From Antedon mediterranea (lineage: Eukaryota; Animalia; Echinodermata): 64,000 bases of DNA. The position numbers and the translations under genes are program-made. The notes beneath the pieces were generated by a model. The model searched no databases. It was not told the DNA's origin and worked only from the letters and a program-made list of their open reading frames with translations. The stretch spans positions 38,512,304-38,576,303 of the forward strand of contig NC_092671.1 of the NCBI RefSeq assembly GCF_964355755.1, in the 5' to 3' direction. Positions within the stretch are counted from its first letter, which is position 1. Every line of letters begins with the position of its first letter. This document shows, in pieces, positions 40,043-53,400 of the stretch.

Positions 40043-40329
40043 AACAAGCACGAATGTGCGATACTCGGGGTACAGCAGCAAACGAAGCTGTAATGACGTC
40101 ATAAGACCGGATGTAACGTCACAATCACATACTAATCGCTACCAAATACGGCTATACGGTACCATCTTGGAGACGTGATATGTCCCTGTAGTATATTCAT
40201 GCCAAATTCCAGCTCAATACTACAACGAATAAGGGAGGAGTAGTACTTTATAAATCGCACTTTTTACTCAATAGTGTCGGATGGAGGAGAAGATGAGAGA
40301 GTGCTAGACTCGGGTACCCCAAGTAAAAA
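40043..40329 (-). mobile_element. Helentron-associated (HINE/DINE-1-like) element; second copy at about 135-462
   Basis: subTIR ACTCGGGGTAC at both ends, partial inverted repeat at one end, GCAC-GAAT-GTGC stem-loop next to the AACAAG terminus, A/T-run insertion site. Confidence 0.7.
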
Positions 40330-42449
40330 CAGGATTTGGTATGGTTGTATTGTATACTAACAAAGTCGTGATGAAGCAATTGAAAATGAAATACTTACTG
40401 TTATGTTTATCTAATTCCTTCAAAACAAATAAATATCAAACATTAAAATCCAAATGTTAAACTGATTGTTTAGGTATAGGATGCATTCCCAGCAATGGTC
40501 TTTATTATCCTGTGTCCTGAATAAGCTGAGCCGCTAACTGGCTACCTAAACCAAAAGCAGTTGTCAACCTTGGTTAGCAGTATTCTATTACCAGTGGCTA
40601 GCTACTACCCTGTTGATGGGGCAATAGCTTTAATGATTGTTTCCCTCAGGCAGTTTGGGATGTGCAAACCAAAATTCACTAGCTCCTATTCCATCTGTAA
40701 CAGCAGGAAGTGAATTTTATAAAATATCAAGTTTCTAAATCACAGCTACATTCACAGTTCTTTTGCAAATAATGTGTCATGGCACTCATAAATGATTAAG
40801 AAACAGAGTGGACAAACCATTAAACAACTACAGTATAAAGCTCTGGTCTGTCTACACTATCAAACTAGTTTGACAAAAAGTGTGATGTTCCCAAATATGG
40901 TAGTGATATGCCCAAATATGGTTCATGTCCATATATTGGCACATCACATTTTTTTGTCACATAAAGTTTGATAGTGTAGACAGAGCTTAAATGTTTGTAC
41001 CTTATAATATCATTGTTGACATAATGACAATTTTATAAATATAAAAGTAAATAGATTCTTATCTTTTAATTTATAATAAAACTAAATTGAAAGGTTGTTT
41101 TTTATTTTGTTTAACAATACCACATACAAAATTCAATTATTTTTAAAAATTAAGAAAAAGATGAACTGCAGTGGTGGATCCAGGATTTTGAGATAGAGGA
41201 AGGATGAGGGCCCAGGGCCTAAAAGTGGTGAAATGAAGGGCTGATCTTAATTTGTTGTCCCTATCTTTTGCTGAACTGAACTGTCACAGTTTAATAAATA
41301 ATATGAAATTACTATTTTCAACTAACTATTACTACTGTACTAACAAAATATTTCTTTTTTAACTTTTTTAATCATATAAATTATAAGTGAAAAAACACAT
41401 TTTTTTTAATCACTTTACATTCAGTTAGACATTTTTAAAATCACTTTACTGTACATTCTGTTAGTCATTAATGATAAATGAATGTGGGCACAAAATGATA
41501 CAATCACAATTAGTACTAGAAATCTCCTATGCATTAAGTTAATATGGGATAATAATGGTGTGTTTTATTTCAAACAGTCTTTGCTTCTGGTAATTGGCAT
41601 GATAAACCAATCAAGGTTAAATGTGTAAGTTGTAACAGTAGCAACATAACTTGGTAAAATAATGAATAACTTGTGGGTATGGAAGAAGAAAACCTAACAT
41701 GAATGACAACCAGGTACAGTATGGGCTGATCATTAGCATTTACTTAACTACCAATAATTAATATGCTCCCTTCTGTTTTTTTTTTATTATATCGATTAAA
41801 TTACCCGGTGTCTGTCATTCTATTGTGTTTTGTGGTTTCAATAATTGTTTATTGATTGTCCCCCTGAAAAAAATGATTTGTTAAATTTTGTTGGCTGAAT
41901 ATGCCATTTTAATGTCACATTATATTTATTCATTAACATTTTGAACAAAAATTGAATCGAACAAAAATTTATTTACCTGAAGAAACTGTAATTCAACAAA
42001 AAACAAAAAATAGTCAAATTAGCTGCCAGCCAATCGGTTTTTGGTTGAATTTAACCATTTAGTTTGTCATTTTATATGAGAAAACATTTTTTTTTTACGG
42101 AAGGGATTAACTTTATTAAAACTGCAAAATGACCTATTTAATAAAATGTTTTTATTAATCTTCATTTTTCATGTTTTTGGGGGACTATACATCTTTCAAT
42201 TCTTATTCAGTTAGCAGTTACTTACACATTTTAAGTAACTTCAAATTAAGAGCTTAGCAAATCAGATCAAATACTATACAAAACCATTATCAATTTAAAG
42301 CCTTAATTGCACAAAGAATTAGGGCTCATTAGTGTAATGAGGTTCATACTTATCACCAATTGAGAATAATCATATCATTGAAGCTGCTTAAATAAAGAGG
42401 ATTTAATAGCAATGTTTAGGATCTTGACAGGACATAAATGTCTAGACTA

Positions 42450-43232
42450 GGTCAAGTCGGCCCCAAACCGTCTCGGCCAAAGTCAAGTCGGCCCCACGTC
42501 AAGTCGGCCCCAAGTCAACTCGGCCTCAAGTCAACTCGGCCACAATAAAGTATGGAACGCAAAAAGTACTTAATATTATTATGATTTAATTACTATCCAC
42601 TCTTTAAAAAAAAATGAAGAAATAAAAAATATAATATAATTAAATAATATCATATAAAAAAATGTACCCGCGTGTTACAAAAACACGTGCAGGTACTGCA
42701 TTTTAGTAAATCGAAGACGGAGACCTACGTTCCACCATTTGGCCATAGAAAAAATGATTGTACAACGTTTTTGTCCTTGATTTGCGTTTTTAAAAAAGGG
42801 GAATCCCCTGGTCAGCGAAAACACAGCAGTTGTATGTAGATATCGAAAAAGCTGCCAAACGCGCAGGGGGAGGCGCAGCTACGAATTGTTTTCAATTGTG
42901 CAATTTGAAATTTTATTAAACGTAAATAAAGGAAAGTTGGTGAAATCATTCATATGTTTTTTGCTATATATTATTGTCTAAATATTAATATTCATTAAAA
43001 GTCAGAATTATTCATAGTTAAAAAATGGTGAAGAAATATTATTCTATCAATCCCCTTCATTTGCACTTTTTGCGTTCCATACTTTAAAGGGGCCGAGTTG
43101 ACCGATTATTTTTTGGCCGAGTTGACGTGAGGCCGAGTTGACTTGAGGCCGAGTTGACTTGAGGCCGAGTTGACTTGGGGCCGACTTGACTTTGGCCCAG
43201 ACGGTTTAGGGCCGACTTGGATCGAAATCCTT
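42450..43232. mobile_element. Foldback-like non-autonomous element with subterminal tandem 15-16-bp repeats
   Basis: Arrays of GTCAACTCGGCC/GTCAAGTCGGCC at the left are mirrored by GGCCGAGTTGAC arrays at the right; the inverted repeat extends to AAAGTATGGAACGCAAAAAGT. Confidence 0.82.
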
Positions 43233-44029
43233 TGAACATGAAGAGGGATAGAATTATTTAATCTAGATTCACAATAGAAATAAAGACATAAACTATGCTT
43301 AAGTAGCAGTACTCAGTAAGTAAACTAAACGGTGTTACCATAACATGGTTACCTCCGCCAGGATGACGAAAGGTTATGTGACCAATTGCCTGTGTTGTTT
43401 GCTTTCTACTCAAAATTATTGCTCGATTTTCGTAATATTTTAAAGGATTGTTTTAAAGCTGTATTATATGGTAACACATCTGTCATTAAATTAAGGTTTG
43501 CACTCTCTCAGTGCCCTTCTAGTTATAATATGTCTGTTATTCAAATGTTTTATTTATTTTATGTCACATTTACATCTAGCTAGTAGCTAGTATACTTGTA
43601 ATAAAGGCCCATAATATTACAATAGGACGATAATGATTGATGATATTAAATAGATAATTAAAATATATTTTTCTTACATAAATTAGAAAAAAAAAATTAT
43701 AAACTATAATTTCCTAAACTATATAAGATATTTTCACACGTCCAATCAAATGACGTCATTAGATTTAGTAAAAGCAATAAAATAATATAAATAAAACCCA
43801 TAAAACTCACACCATACACCCTACTACCAGAAATACCTATGGGGCCAACAGAGGCTAAACTAGAGTAATAATAGATTAGGTAAGTAGTAGTTTAGCCTAG
43901 AAGAGTGGAAAGAATGGTGTGCACATGATGATGATGGATGGATAGTGCCAGTGGTGGTGTGCACGGATGGTGCATGGTACACTATCTCTCACTACACTCA
44001 CGTTAAATAATTGATTAAAATGTGCTTAC

Positions 44030-44422
44030 CATATAGTTTTAATATCAAATACAGCTATTATATCATCCTGCAACTTTCCTTTACAAGAAAACAAAGTTAA
44101 TTCATCGATAATTACTCAAATATTGCGCTAGGCCAAGACTTTTTAGACGTGCAAACACGGTTTGTTGATGAAATAAAACTTTCTCCACGCATGAGAGAGT
44201 TTCTACTAGGTTGACTAACTGGGGGCGCCAAACATATCCAAACTGCTACTTTAGTAGAACATGTTCTAGGGCCATTTCTGGACCCATAATTATACCTCCG
44301 TGTATTGAGGGCAGTATTTCAAAACATTGAAAAAAAGGAGGCAAGCCGAGTAGCCGAATAAACTGCAGCAGTGTGTGTGTAGAAGAACTTGTTAGGCATT
44401 GTCAATAAGCAGTTGTGGTACC
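44030..44422. promoter_or_regulatory. Candidate bidirectional promoter between Gli and the epimerase gene
   Basis: TE-free, CpG-richer stretch between minus-strand donor sites (44029, 43810) and the epimerase ATG at 44423. Confidence 0.4.
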
Positions 44423-47400
44423 ATGAAAGTTTTAATACTTGGAGGTAAAGAAGTGAACTTTATTTTCATAGTTAGTGTATTTTCTTTTCAAATCAAAGAG
44501 AATGTAGGCCCATGCACCGATTCTTGTACATTCCTGAGTTATCAGTGACACTGTCACTGACTCGGGACCTGTGTGTGTGATGATCAACTAACTTGCTGAT
44601 GATGGGAACAAAAGGCTTGAGTTACCAGTATTCACCATAAAATAGATAGAGCTAAAATATCTTTGTCTCAATTAATTTTTATTTTATACCTCATTATTTA
44701 TTTATTGTATTATTATGTGTTAACTATCTATTTTGTTTATGAATTAACTATGATTAACCAATAAATTAAACGTTTACAGGTTGATAAAATGATTGATACT
44801 GAAAGTATGTAGTATACTTTAGTTTGAGCGATAATACATTAAAAAACTCTCTGTATTTAAATTGTATTGTAAGTATAATCACTGTATAAAAACATAAGTT
44901 GTCGTTACACTGTACGCATACACAGTAAACCAAGTGCTATGTCGTTAACTGTACGTGCTTTTCAAGACAGATGGCTCGCAGTGTTCAGTGCTGTCTGTGT
45001 TATTGTTAATTATTTATTAAAATATTCAAAACAATGTTTTTATTTTACTTAAATTAAATGGAATATGAATTTTGAACTGTGTTGCAGTCAAACTCTCCTG
45101 ACTTTGATTCGAAACTAAATATATTCTTTCTCATTTATTCCAGGTATGCCTACTATAATAGTGACCTTTGTTATAATTTTCCCGGTTTATAATAATTATA
45201 ATTGCACTTTTTTTGCATCTCAGATCAGTTATTATCCAATTTTCGATGCTTATTCTGACGACATCAAAACTTTCTTTTCTTCATATCATTTCCTTTAAAG
45301 CTTTTATTAAGTCTTTGTTCAACTATTTCCTATCCCCTGAGCTTTTGAATTTCAAGTTTACACTTTCTAACCTTTAGACTTTAAGTAAGATTCTAAATAC
45401 TTATCTTTCCCAAAAGACCAATCATATTCAAGCTTCACATTCAATCATGTTTCTTTTTCTTCGTCCATCCAGGTTGCGGGTTCATTGGCAGACATTTGGT
45501 TCATTATCTTACATCAAATGATCTTGCTGAGGTAAGTCGGTGAAATCAAAAGAATTGAGAACTCTCTATTTTGATTTTAAAAAGAAATGCAAAATATTTC
45601 ATGTTCTGTATCTAATCGGTGTCCAGTGACAAATACCAGTATAACTAATTTTTTTTTAAATTATTATAATAATTACTCTTCAGTTGTCAGTGACGGATCC
45701 AGGATTTTGAAATAGGGGGGGGGGGGGGGGCCCCAGGACCTAAAGAGTGAAATGAAGTGCTGAACTTAATTCGATGTCTTTTCTTTTGCATTACAATTTG
45801 TGAAATTTAGAGGGGGCCTGGGCCGACTGGTTGTTTAACATTTTTATTTATTTTATGAAGTCAAATTTGAATTAAGTTGTTTAAAAAATGTTGTTAACAC
45901 TGCACTTTTATACCTAATGATACAAAAGTAATTTAAAGGAAAGGGCAGAACACTAAACCGCCCAGCGGAGATAAGATATTAATATCCTATAGAAAGTGAA
46001 AATGAAAATCTAAAAAAAACGATACTTAAATAAGATATATGAGAACTTGTTAAAGATATAATTGTCATATTTACTACATAATGCAAACTTTATTATGTTT
46101 TGAAATATTAGGTTTTAATGCTGGAGACAAAACAACCAGCAGAATTGATGGAATTTTGTTTCTCAGAAAATGTCTTATAATTATATTTAGAAGACAATAA
46201 ATATAGTTTCATTCAATTTAATCAAATCTAGTTGATTTAATTTTGTTGTTGTTATACTTTAGGTGCGTGTTGCTGATAAGGTGCCGCCGCAGATTGCATG
46301 GTTGAACGATTTCCATAAGGTAATTAAATCAGCCAAAATTGTATTAAAATCCTACTGCCAATATGTATTGTTAATATGCATGGTTGACTGATTTCCATTA
46401 TGAGTAAATTTGCAGAAATCATAATATACAGTACTGTATTGGTATTGTTGATTTCATGGTTGAATTGTTTTGCCGAGGTAAGCTCATAATATGCAAAATT
46501 CTTGGTAATGTTCCCTATGTTGATTTAATAAATCATTTGTTAATATTAGAATTGACATTTCTTACCATCTTATGTGTCACGTTATTAAAATGTGTTTACC
46601 TCATTTAAATCATTAATCAATCTTATTTGTACAGAAATAAAATATAGATTTGTATTACTAAAGTAATAAACCAAGATGACCAAGCCTGTTTATTTTTTTA
46701 CCTTTTATGGAGCTAACCTGGAATATGTAAAAGTACTAATAATTTAGTTTATGATTATATTTTTTTTTTCTGTACAGTCAGATTAAGATTATATTTACGT
46801 TACACAAAATGTTTACTACTGATTGTTAAACAAAAAAAAATGATTATAAATCATTATTTCTGAAGAAAGAACAATAATTGAAACTGTTCCGTCAAAAAGT
46901 TGAGAGGCGTTTTTTGTAAGAAATATTTCTTGTTTATTAATAAGTTGACACTTAAATGCTTGAATTCATTTTTATCGTTTTCAACTATTTGTGTATAAAA
47001 CCACATAACTATTTGTATAATAGTTATTAGCTATAAATAGTTTCCAATGAGAGATTTTTATCTACACTGATACTAACGCCCGTATTCTTAAACCGGACTT
47101 TAGTCGTAGTTCGAGCTAAAACTAAAAAAATGACGTCATTTTAATTCATAAACCGAACTTCAACTAAATCACCGACTAAATCAGGCCAACCTCGACTAAA
47201 TCGAGACGGATTTTGATCGATTTTTTTAGTCCTGGAGGGGGCAGACTAAATGGTCGACTAAATGGTTTTTAAACGATGTTTATAAAAAACGTAACAGTCA
47301 TTGAGTTGTTATATTGGCCAGATATTGAAGAATGAAATATCTATATTTATATTAGCTTAATTAAATATACATTGGTATAAATTATAATAATGAAAATCAT

Positions 47401-50400
47401 CTTTATTTACAACTGTATACAAATTACATTATTTTCTTCGCGCAAGTCCGACTTGAGCTACGTCACGCCATAGCGACAATGGGAGATGCGGCAATTCACC
47501 ACGCGATGGAATATTTAGGGGGCCTAGCGCTTTCTTGTCACGCTATGAAGTGCGTGGTTCGTGGCGATCATACTTTGTTGGGGTCCTAGAAAATATAAAA
47601 GTTACCGTACCGCCATGGTTCCTAAATATATTTTTAAGATTTTATTTGTTGTTAATCAAATATACTTCACTGTTAAATTAATACTGATATTGTTCTAATA
47701 ATTAACGATTAAAATTATTTTTCATGTATATAGTCCTGATGCGTAAAAAGTGTTGTAAGAAATGGAAAGTGATATCAATGCGCAAAATTTCGTCTGCTCC
47801 TCAAATACTCTCTTGTCATTGGCCAATGTATAGCCTTTGTTACCCAGACGTGTGCAACTCGACTAAAAGCTCGACTTCATTAAGTCGAACTGCAAACTTC
47901 GACTACTTCGTTTTTGAATCGAATTTGAAGTAATAGCTCGAACTACGACTTTTCCAAGTCGAACTTCGAACTACGACTAAAGTCCGGTTTAAGAATACGG
48001 GCGTTACTATCTAAAATAAATGATAATCTAATAAAACAAAAACATTAAAGGTGAGAGTGAAAAAAGTACATTTAATTAATGTTCACAATATTTGATAAAT
48101 TAAGATAAGACTATTTTGAATGGATTTATGATGAGTATATCTATTATTTGGATACACATTATAATTAACTTAAGCTCTGTTTACACTATCAAACTAGTTT
48201 GATAAAAAAAACTGTGATGTTCCCAAACATTGTAATGGGGTGTCCACATATTGTTATTAACATCATCATGTCCACATATTGGCAAATCACATTTTTCTGA
48301 CACATTAGTTTGTAGACAGAGCATAAGCTATGCATATTGTACATTTTGTCATCATATTGTAAAAAGTATTTTGTTTGCATTACGTTCAACATATGGAACA
48401 TAATTTGCTAATGCCTAATAGACAACATAATGTTAGCTTCAATTCATAATCAGATTTAAAATATTTTTAGTCTATTCATGTGTAACATGATTTTATAATT
48501 ACTACGAGAAATTAGTGTACTTTGAAATTAGCTCACATTGATGTGTTTATCAGTGTTTTATCTAATTAAGGAGCTCGTACAGGGAAGTACACTTATTTTT
48601 ATGATATAAAAAACACATTTTAGTTTGTAGAAGTCAGACATTGTCATTTTGTTTGGCCCACTGCCTGCTTGAATTCTAAACATAAAATATCAAACAAATG
48701 AACCCAATTATATTTTTAGAAAGTTCTGTTTTTCATTGTTATTGTTTGTTTCTTTTCCAGGAAGTTTTTGCCAAAGTTGAGTTTGTTTCCTGTAACTTGA
48801 TCAGTACAGGTAAATATTTGATTGTGTTACTGTATATATTTTACAATGACAACAGAAATGTAACAATTGATTTGTCTTAGGGCTTATTCAGACCTACAGA
48901 GTTATGCTTTTGTACCGTACGCGGCGTACTATTTCATGTCTTAACCAGGAAAAGATTAGTGGAAGCCACCTCGTACAACACTGATATTTCATTCGTTACG
49001 ACAGCTCAAGGTACAAAATTTGTGAAGCCGCTTATGATACGAAAGTCATGCATCAACGATTTTGACCTCCAACCAAATTTACTCCTGCATACCAGATGTT
49101 CACTCAAATCGGTTACACTTCACTTTCTAACGAAAGCGTCAGTTAAGCAAATCTGAACACTTTGCTGTTACGATGCTAATTTTAATATGACATTGCTTGC
49201 CAAACAAAAGCATAACTCATGGATCTGAACATACCCTTAATTGGCACAGCATTTTTTAATTAGGGTGATTTGAATGTAGGGAATTGAGATTAAAATACTT
49301 CTGGAGAGAGGAGATGGGGTTTGTCTAAATTTGATGATAGGTATATGGATAAAAATGATAATTCTTCTTCATGAATTCTCTTAAACTTAGCATCCACAAC
49401 TAAAGCATTTGAAATAGGTGACGGTACTGAATTCGATGTCGTCATTAATTTAGCAGCTGAAACCAAATATGGGCAGACAGATGAGGTAAATAACATTTAT
49501 AAATACAATAAATGTTTTGATTGATTGATTTACATTAGTTTTAATAATTTAAATATAATAATTGATTGATCGATTTACATTAGTTTTAATAATTTAAATA
49601 TAATAATTGATTGATCGATTTACATTAGTTTTAATAATTTAACTATAATAATTGATTGATCGATTTACATTAGTTTTAATAATTTAACTATAATAATTGA
49701 TTGATCGATTTAAATTAGTTTTAATAATTTAAATATAATAATTGATTGATCGATTTACATTAGTTTTAATAATTTAAATATAATAATTGATTGATCGATT
49801 TACATTAGTTTTAATAATTTAAATATAATAATTGATTGATCGATTTACATTAGTTTTAATAATTTAAATATAATAATTGATTGATTGATTTAAATTAGTT
49901 TTAATAATTTAAATATAATAATTGATTGATCGATTTACATTAGTTTTAATAATTTAACTATAATAATTGATTGATTGATTTACATTAGTTTTAATAATTT
50001 AAATATAATAATTGATTGATTGATTTACATTAGTTTTAATAATTTAACTATAATAATTGATTGATTGATTTACATTAGTTTTAATAATTTAAATATAATA
50101 ATTGATTGATCGATTTACATTAGTTTTAATAATTTAACTATAATAATTGATTGATTGATTTAAATTAGTTTTAATAATTTAAATATAATAATTGATTGAT
50201 CGATTTACATTAGTTTTAATAATTTAACTATAATAATTGATTGATTGATTTACATTAGTTTTAATAATTTAAATATAATAATTGATTGATTGATTTACAT
50301 TAGTTTTAATAATTTAACTATAATAATTGATTGATCGATTTACATTAGTTTTAATAATTTAACTATAATAATAATTGATTGATCGATTTACAGTACCTTT

Positions 50401-53400
50401 AATAATTTAAATATAATAATTATATAACAAAGTACTGTTGAAATATAAATAAGAGACGTTTAAAAAGAAACTTATCTTCATCATAGATTTATGAAGAAGG
50501 CATTAAGAATTTAAGTTTGAACTGTGCCAAAGAAGCAGCAAAAAGAGCTATTAAAATGTACATAGAGGTGTCCACAGCACAGGTGTACAACAGTGATAAG
50601 GTGATTATGATTTACGTTTTATTGCATCACTCTTTATAGCAAGTCTTACTTGCTTGATACTTGCTTGATGGTATGGGTCGGTTAGAAAGCTAAATATAGC
50701 TTATATGACCCTTCCTGTCTTCTTATGACCAAAATATAGGTGCTTAGGGCTCCGGGTGTACACATAATTTTCCAAAGTGTTTATAAATGTGAAAAAGTAA
50801 ACTTGCAGTCAAGGGACTTCCAATGATCATTGAGGAGTGACTTGAATAGATTTAAATTTGGAGCTTTTACAACATTAGATGGTAAGCTATTCCACGAGTC
50901 CACAACTCTACAACTGAAGGAAAACTTCCTGGAATTAAGCCTAAACTTGTTTTTATATAACTTGTATTCATGACCTCTAGTTCCATGAAAAGTAAGTATA
51001 CTAAACTAAACTTACGCTCTGTCTACACTATCAAACTTTATGTGACAAAAAAAGATCATCTAAAACATTAAAATAGAAAAATATATAACTAATGTTTAAC
51101 TTTTTTTATACTGTGGAGTTAGTAAACCTAAAGCTATGTCTACACTATCAAACTTTATGTGACAAAAAAATGTGATGTGCCCATATATGGACATAAAGAT
51201 GTCATATCACTACCATATGTGGGCATATCACTACCATATTTGGGCACATCACACTTTTTTTGTCAAACTAGTTTGATAGTGTAGAAAAAATCAGGTGTAA
51301 TTCCACTCTTCCTGCTTAAAATATATTAGTACTTTAAGAATTCGTTACAATGTATGATACTAAATTAAGAGCATTTCACAAGATAATTTCTAGTACCAAA
51401 GTGATAATATCTGTTCTGGATCATATTTCACTGGTTTCATAATTCTATATGTACAGTAATACGGTCAAGGACATATTGAATAATTGAATCAAATATAGTT
51501 CTATGAATATTACCTGTAGAATTAACCAATGAGAAGGCTTCGCTTATTAATTAATATAACTGCTGGTTGGTATTACGCTCTAACTGTTCTATAATCCAGG
51601 TTATGTTAATAATAGTCAACTATTTACGGTGCAAATTAATCATTTTCAGTAAAGTTAAATAATATTATTATAGATAAAATATTAATAAATAAAAATACTG
51701 TAAATAGTTAGTAAATAAATTCATAAATGAATGTGTATGGTTAGAGCTTAGGGTGGATACCAAATTGGGTAACAATATATTAAGCTCTGTCTACACTATC
51801 AAACTACTTTAGTTTGACCAAAAAAAGTGTGATGTGCCCAAATATGGTAGTGATATGCCCAAATATGGTAGTGATATGACATCATCATGTCCATATATAG
51901 ACACATCACATTATTTGACACATAAAGTTTGATATACTATAGTGTAGATAAGGCTTTAAAGTTTAATGAAAGGAAACTTGTGTAGAAGGCCTTAAAAACA
52001 AAATTGACTGATATCATTACACTAAAATGCATGCATACAAAGTTGAAATTACAAGTAGTCATTGTTCAATTATTAAAGGTGTGTGTGTGATGAAAAGATA
52101 AGGAAATAATGTATATATAATTCGTCTATAGTTGGTAGAGTAAAGGAGACCAAACCCAAATGAATGGGTTCACAATTACAGAGTTCATGGAATACATTGC
52201 TAAGATTAGAAATAAAGCTATGGATGTATTTATTTAGGACCAACGTATTGGAATAATCTAGATTCAACTGCCATCAATCATTTATATACTGTAAATTCAT
52301 TTAGAAAGCATATAAAAATCCTTTATTTATCTTGTTACCAAACCTACTAAATATGTTGCGCACTGTATAATTTATTTAATTGTATGCGTTGTATTTGTAT
52401 ATTTATACGGTACCGTTCTTATTTTTGTTTGAATTATTATTATTATTTTAGGGGTCAATGTGAGACAAGTTCTACTTCTAATTTTGATCCCTAAGATGGT
52501 CTTATATTAATTGTTTATGATTGTTTATTGTAATATTGTTTGTTATATATTGTGACCATCTTAAATAAATGTATTATTGAATTGAATTGAATTGATGTAG
52601 ACAAAGTAGAATACTACTATTTTTATAAGTTACCAGCTGCTGCTTTTACAGATTTTTTCAAGAGTTGATATAAGCTACTTTGTAGAACGTTCGGTGTGTT
52701 TCCGAAATGTAGTATACAAAATGTTGAAAGGCTTTATTCACCATAATAATTAACATAAGCTTCTTTTCACTTTTCTTTAATGATGGCATTTGAACTTTTT
52801 TTGTCAGACCTGTTTTCAGAAATATTGTAGAGAAACAATTGTGATGGATTTTACAGTACAGTCAATTCTACCAATACCGGACAGCTTTGGCCAAATATGT
52901 CTGCTTTTCTGTAAAGTCTGATACTCTAAATGTGTTTTTAATGGTAAAAATGAATTGGGGACCTTTTGGACCTCAAGAAAAGTCTGGTATTGGTAGAGTT
53001 TCCGGTTTTCAGAAAGACCAAAATTGAGAGAGTTGACTGTATGTAACAACTTATGACTTATTAATTAAAAATTAATAAAATACTTTGAAGGAAGCTTGGA
53101 ATGTCTTAAAATATTGGAAAGCGGTTTAGGGAAATTTGATGTGAAGAACGTATGCATATCTGACCTAAAATATGGCAAAAGTGTTTCAAGGAATTACCTC
53201 TTAACCCTGTGCACAATTAATTATCATATGACGTAACTTTTTTCTAGTTCCTAAAGCTCTGTGTACACTATCAAAATTGTTTGACAAAAAAGTGTGATGT
53301 GCCCAAATATGGTTGTGATTTGCCTAAATATGGTAGTATTATGACATCATCATGTCTATATATGGACACATTTTCTTGTTACATAAAGTTTGATAATGTA

